In this document: positions 19,375 to 20,000 of the stretch, piece by piece | How the letters are laid out: each line of letters opens with the position of its first letter | Numbering within the stretch: the first letter of the stretch is position 1 | NCBI GenBank assembly: GCA_000934665.2 | Contig: JYFJ02001977.1 | Span: forward strand, 45,388 to 65,387 | DNA: 20,000 bases | Source of the DNA: Catajapyx aquilonaris | Lineage: Eukaryota | Direction: 5' to 3' | Made by a program: the position numbers and the translations under genes | The notes under the pieces: model-generated | Told to the model about the DNA's origin: nothing | The model's database searches: none | Seen by the model: the letters and a program-made list of their open reading frames with translations, nothing else

Positions 19375-20000
19375 CTGCAAACAACATATGTTGAAATACC
19401 AACAGTTGGCTCATGATTGATGCAGTATGAATCACTTAGAAGGATTTAACCATTTCTCCTCCCAACCATGTGTGGATAGGTCTATTCATAGCTAAGAACT
19501 ATGCACCTGCTTTTTAGCTAGATGTAAGGAACCACTGCAGTGCAGGTGCTGTGGCAAGGAAATACTTCAGAGTTCAGACAAATGTGGGGCAGTTGCTCTT
19601 AAGAAACCATGGACAGAATTGGAAAATCTGAAGAGGCTTCTTGCATCTAAAAAAAATTACTTGTCGCAAGTTACACATAGTGGCAATACTGCATAAAAGC
19701 GTGCATTCCAGGATAATTTTTGCTATGGAAACTTTATTGCACAACTTGATGCAGTACATCGTTCAAATTCTAGCTAGCCAATCTTACTGTACGGCAGCCA
19801 AGATCAGCCGTTCTAAGTTTGTTTTGTTGGATTATTCCAGTCACAACACCTTGCTAGGATGACTACAGAACTGCACTGGAGCATGGATCAAGATGCAAGT
19901 TACTATTAAGAAAATGAAGAATGATACACTCGGGTCAGTAACAGTACATACTTGATATGATATGGGGTTAAGGCACCTGTGAAGGCCAGCGCTGTATCAC

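Overview
Gene-dense, intron-containing animal genomic DNA; TTAGG-type repeats and CpG-depleted gene bodies suggest an arthropod (inference). Three complete housekeeping genes can be assembled by hand with canonical GT-AG junctions and consistent frames: UBE2G2 (minus strand, 5 exons, 168 aa), NOP58 (plus strand, 9 exons, 566 aa, head-to-head with UBE2G2 across 421 bp) and ARFGAP1 (plus strand, 8 exons, 462 aa). The last exon of an unidentified convergent gene (ending SFYW*) lies at the right end, and a possible terminal exon lies at the left end. NOP58 introns carry a full-length tRNA-Arg(ACG)-derived SINE with a target-site duplication, and three different small DNA elements side by side in intron 6: a TA-flanked MITE, a TTAGG-microsatellite element and a 55-bp fold-back. 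ARFGAP1 introns contain a perfect 62-bp palindrome, several hairpins, repeated TGACGTGT motifs and an unexplained CpG-rich block. No new protein-coding system is evident. The best leads are non-coding: repeats, RNA structure and regulatory or splicing signals.
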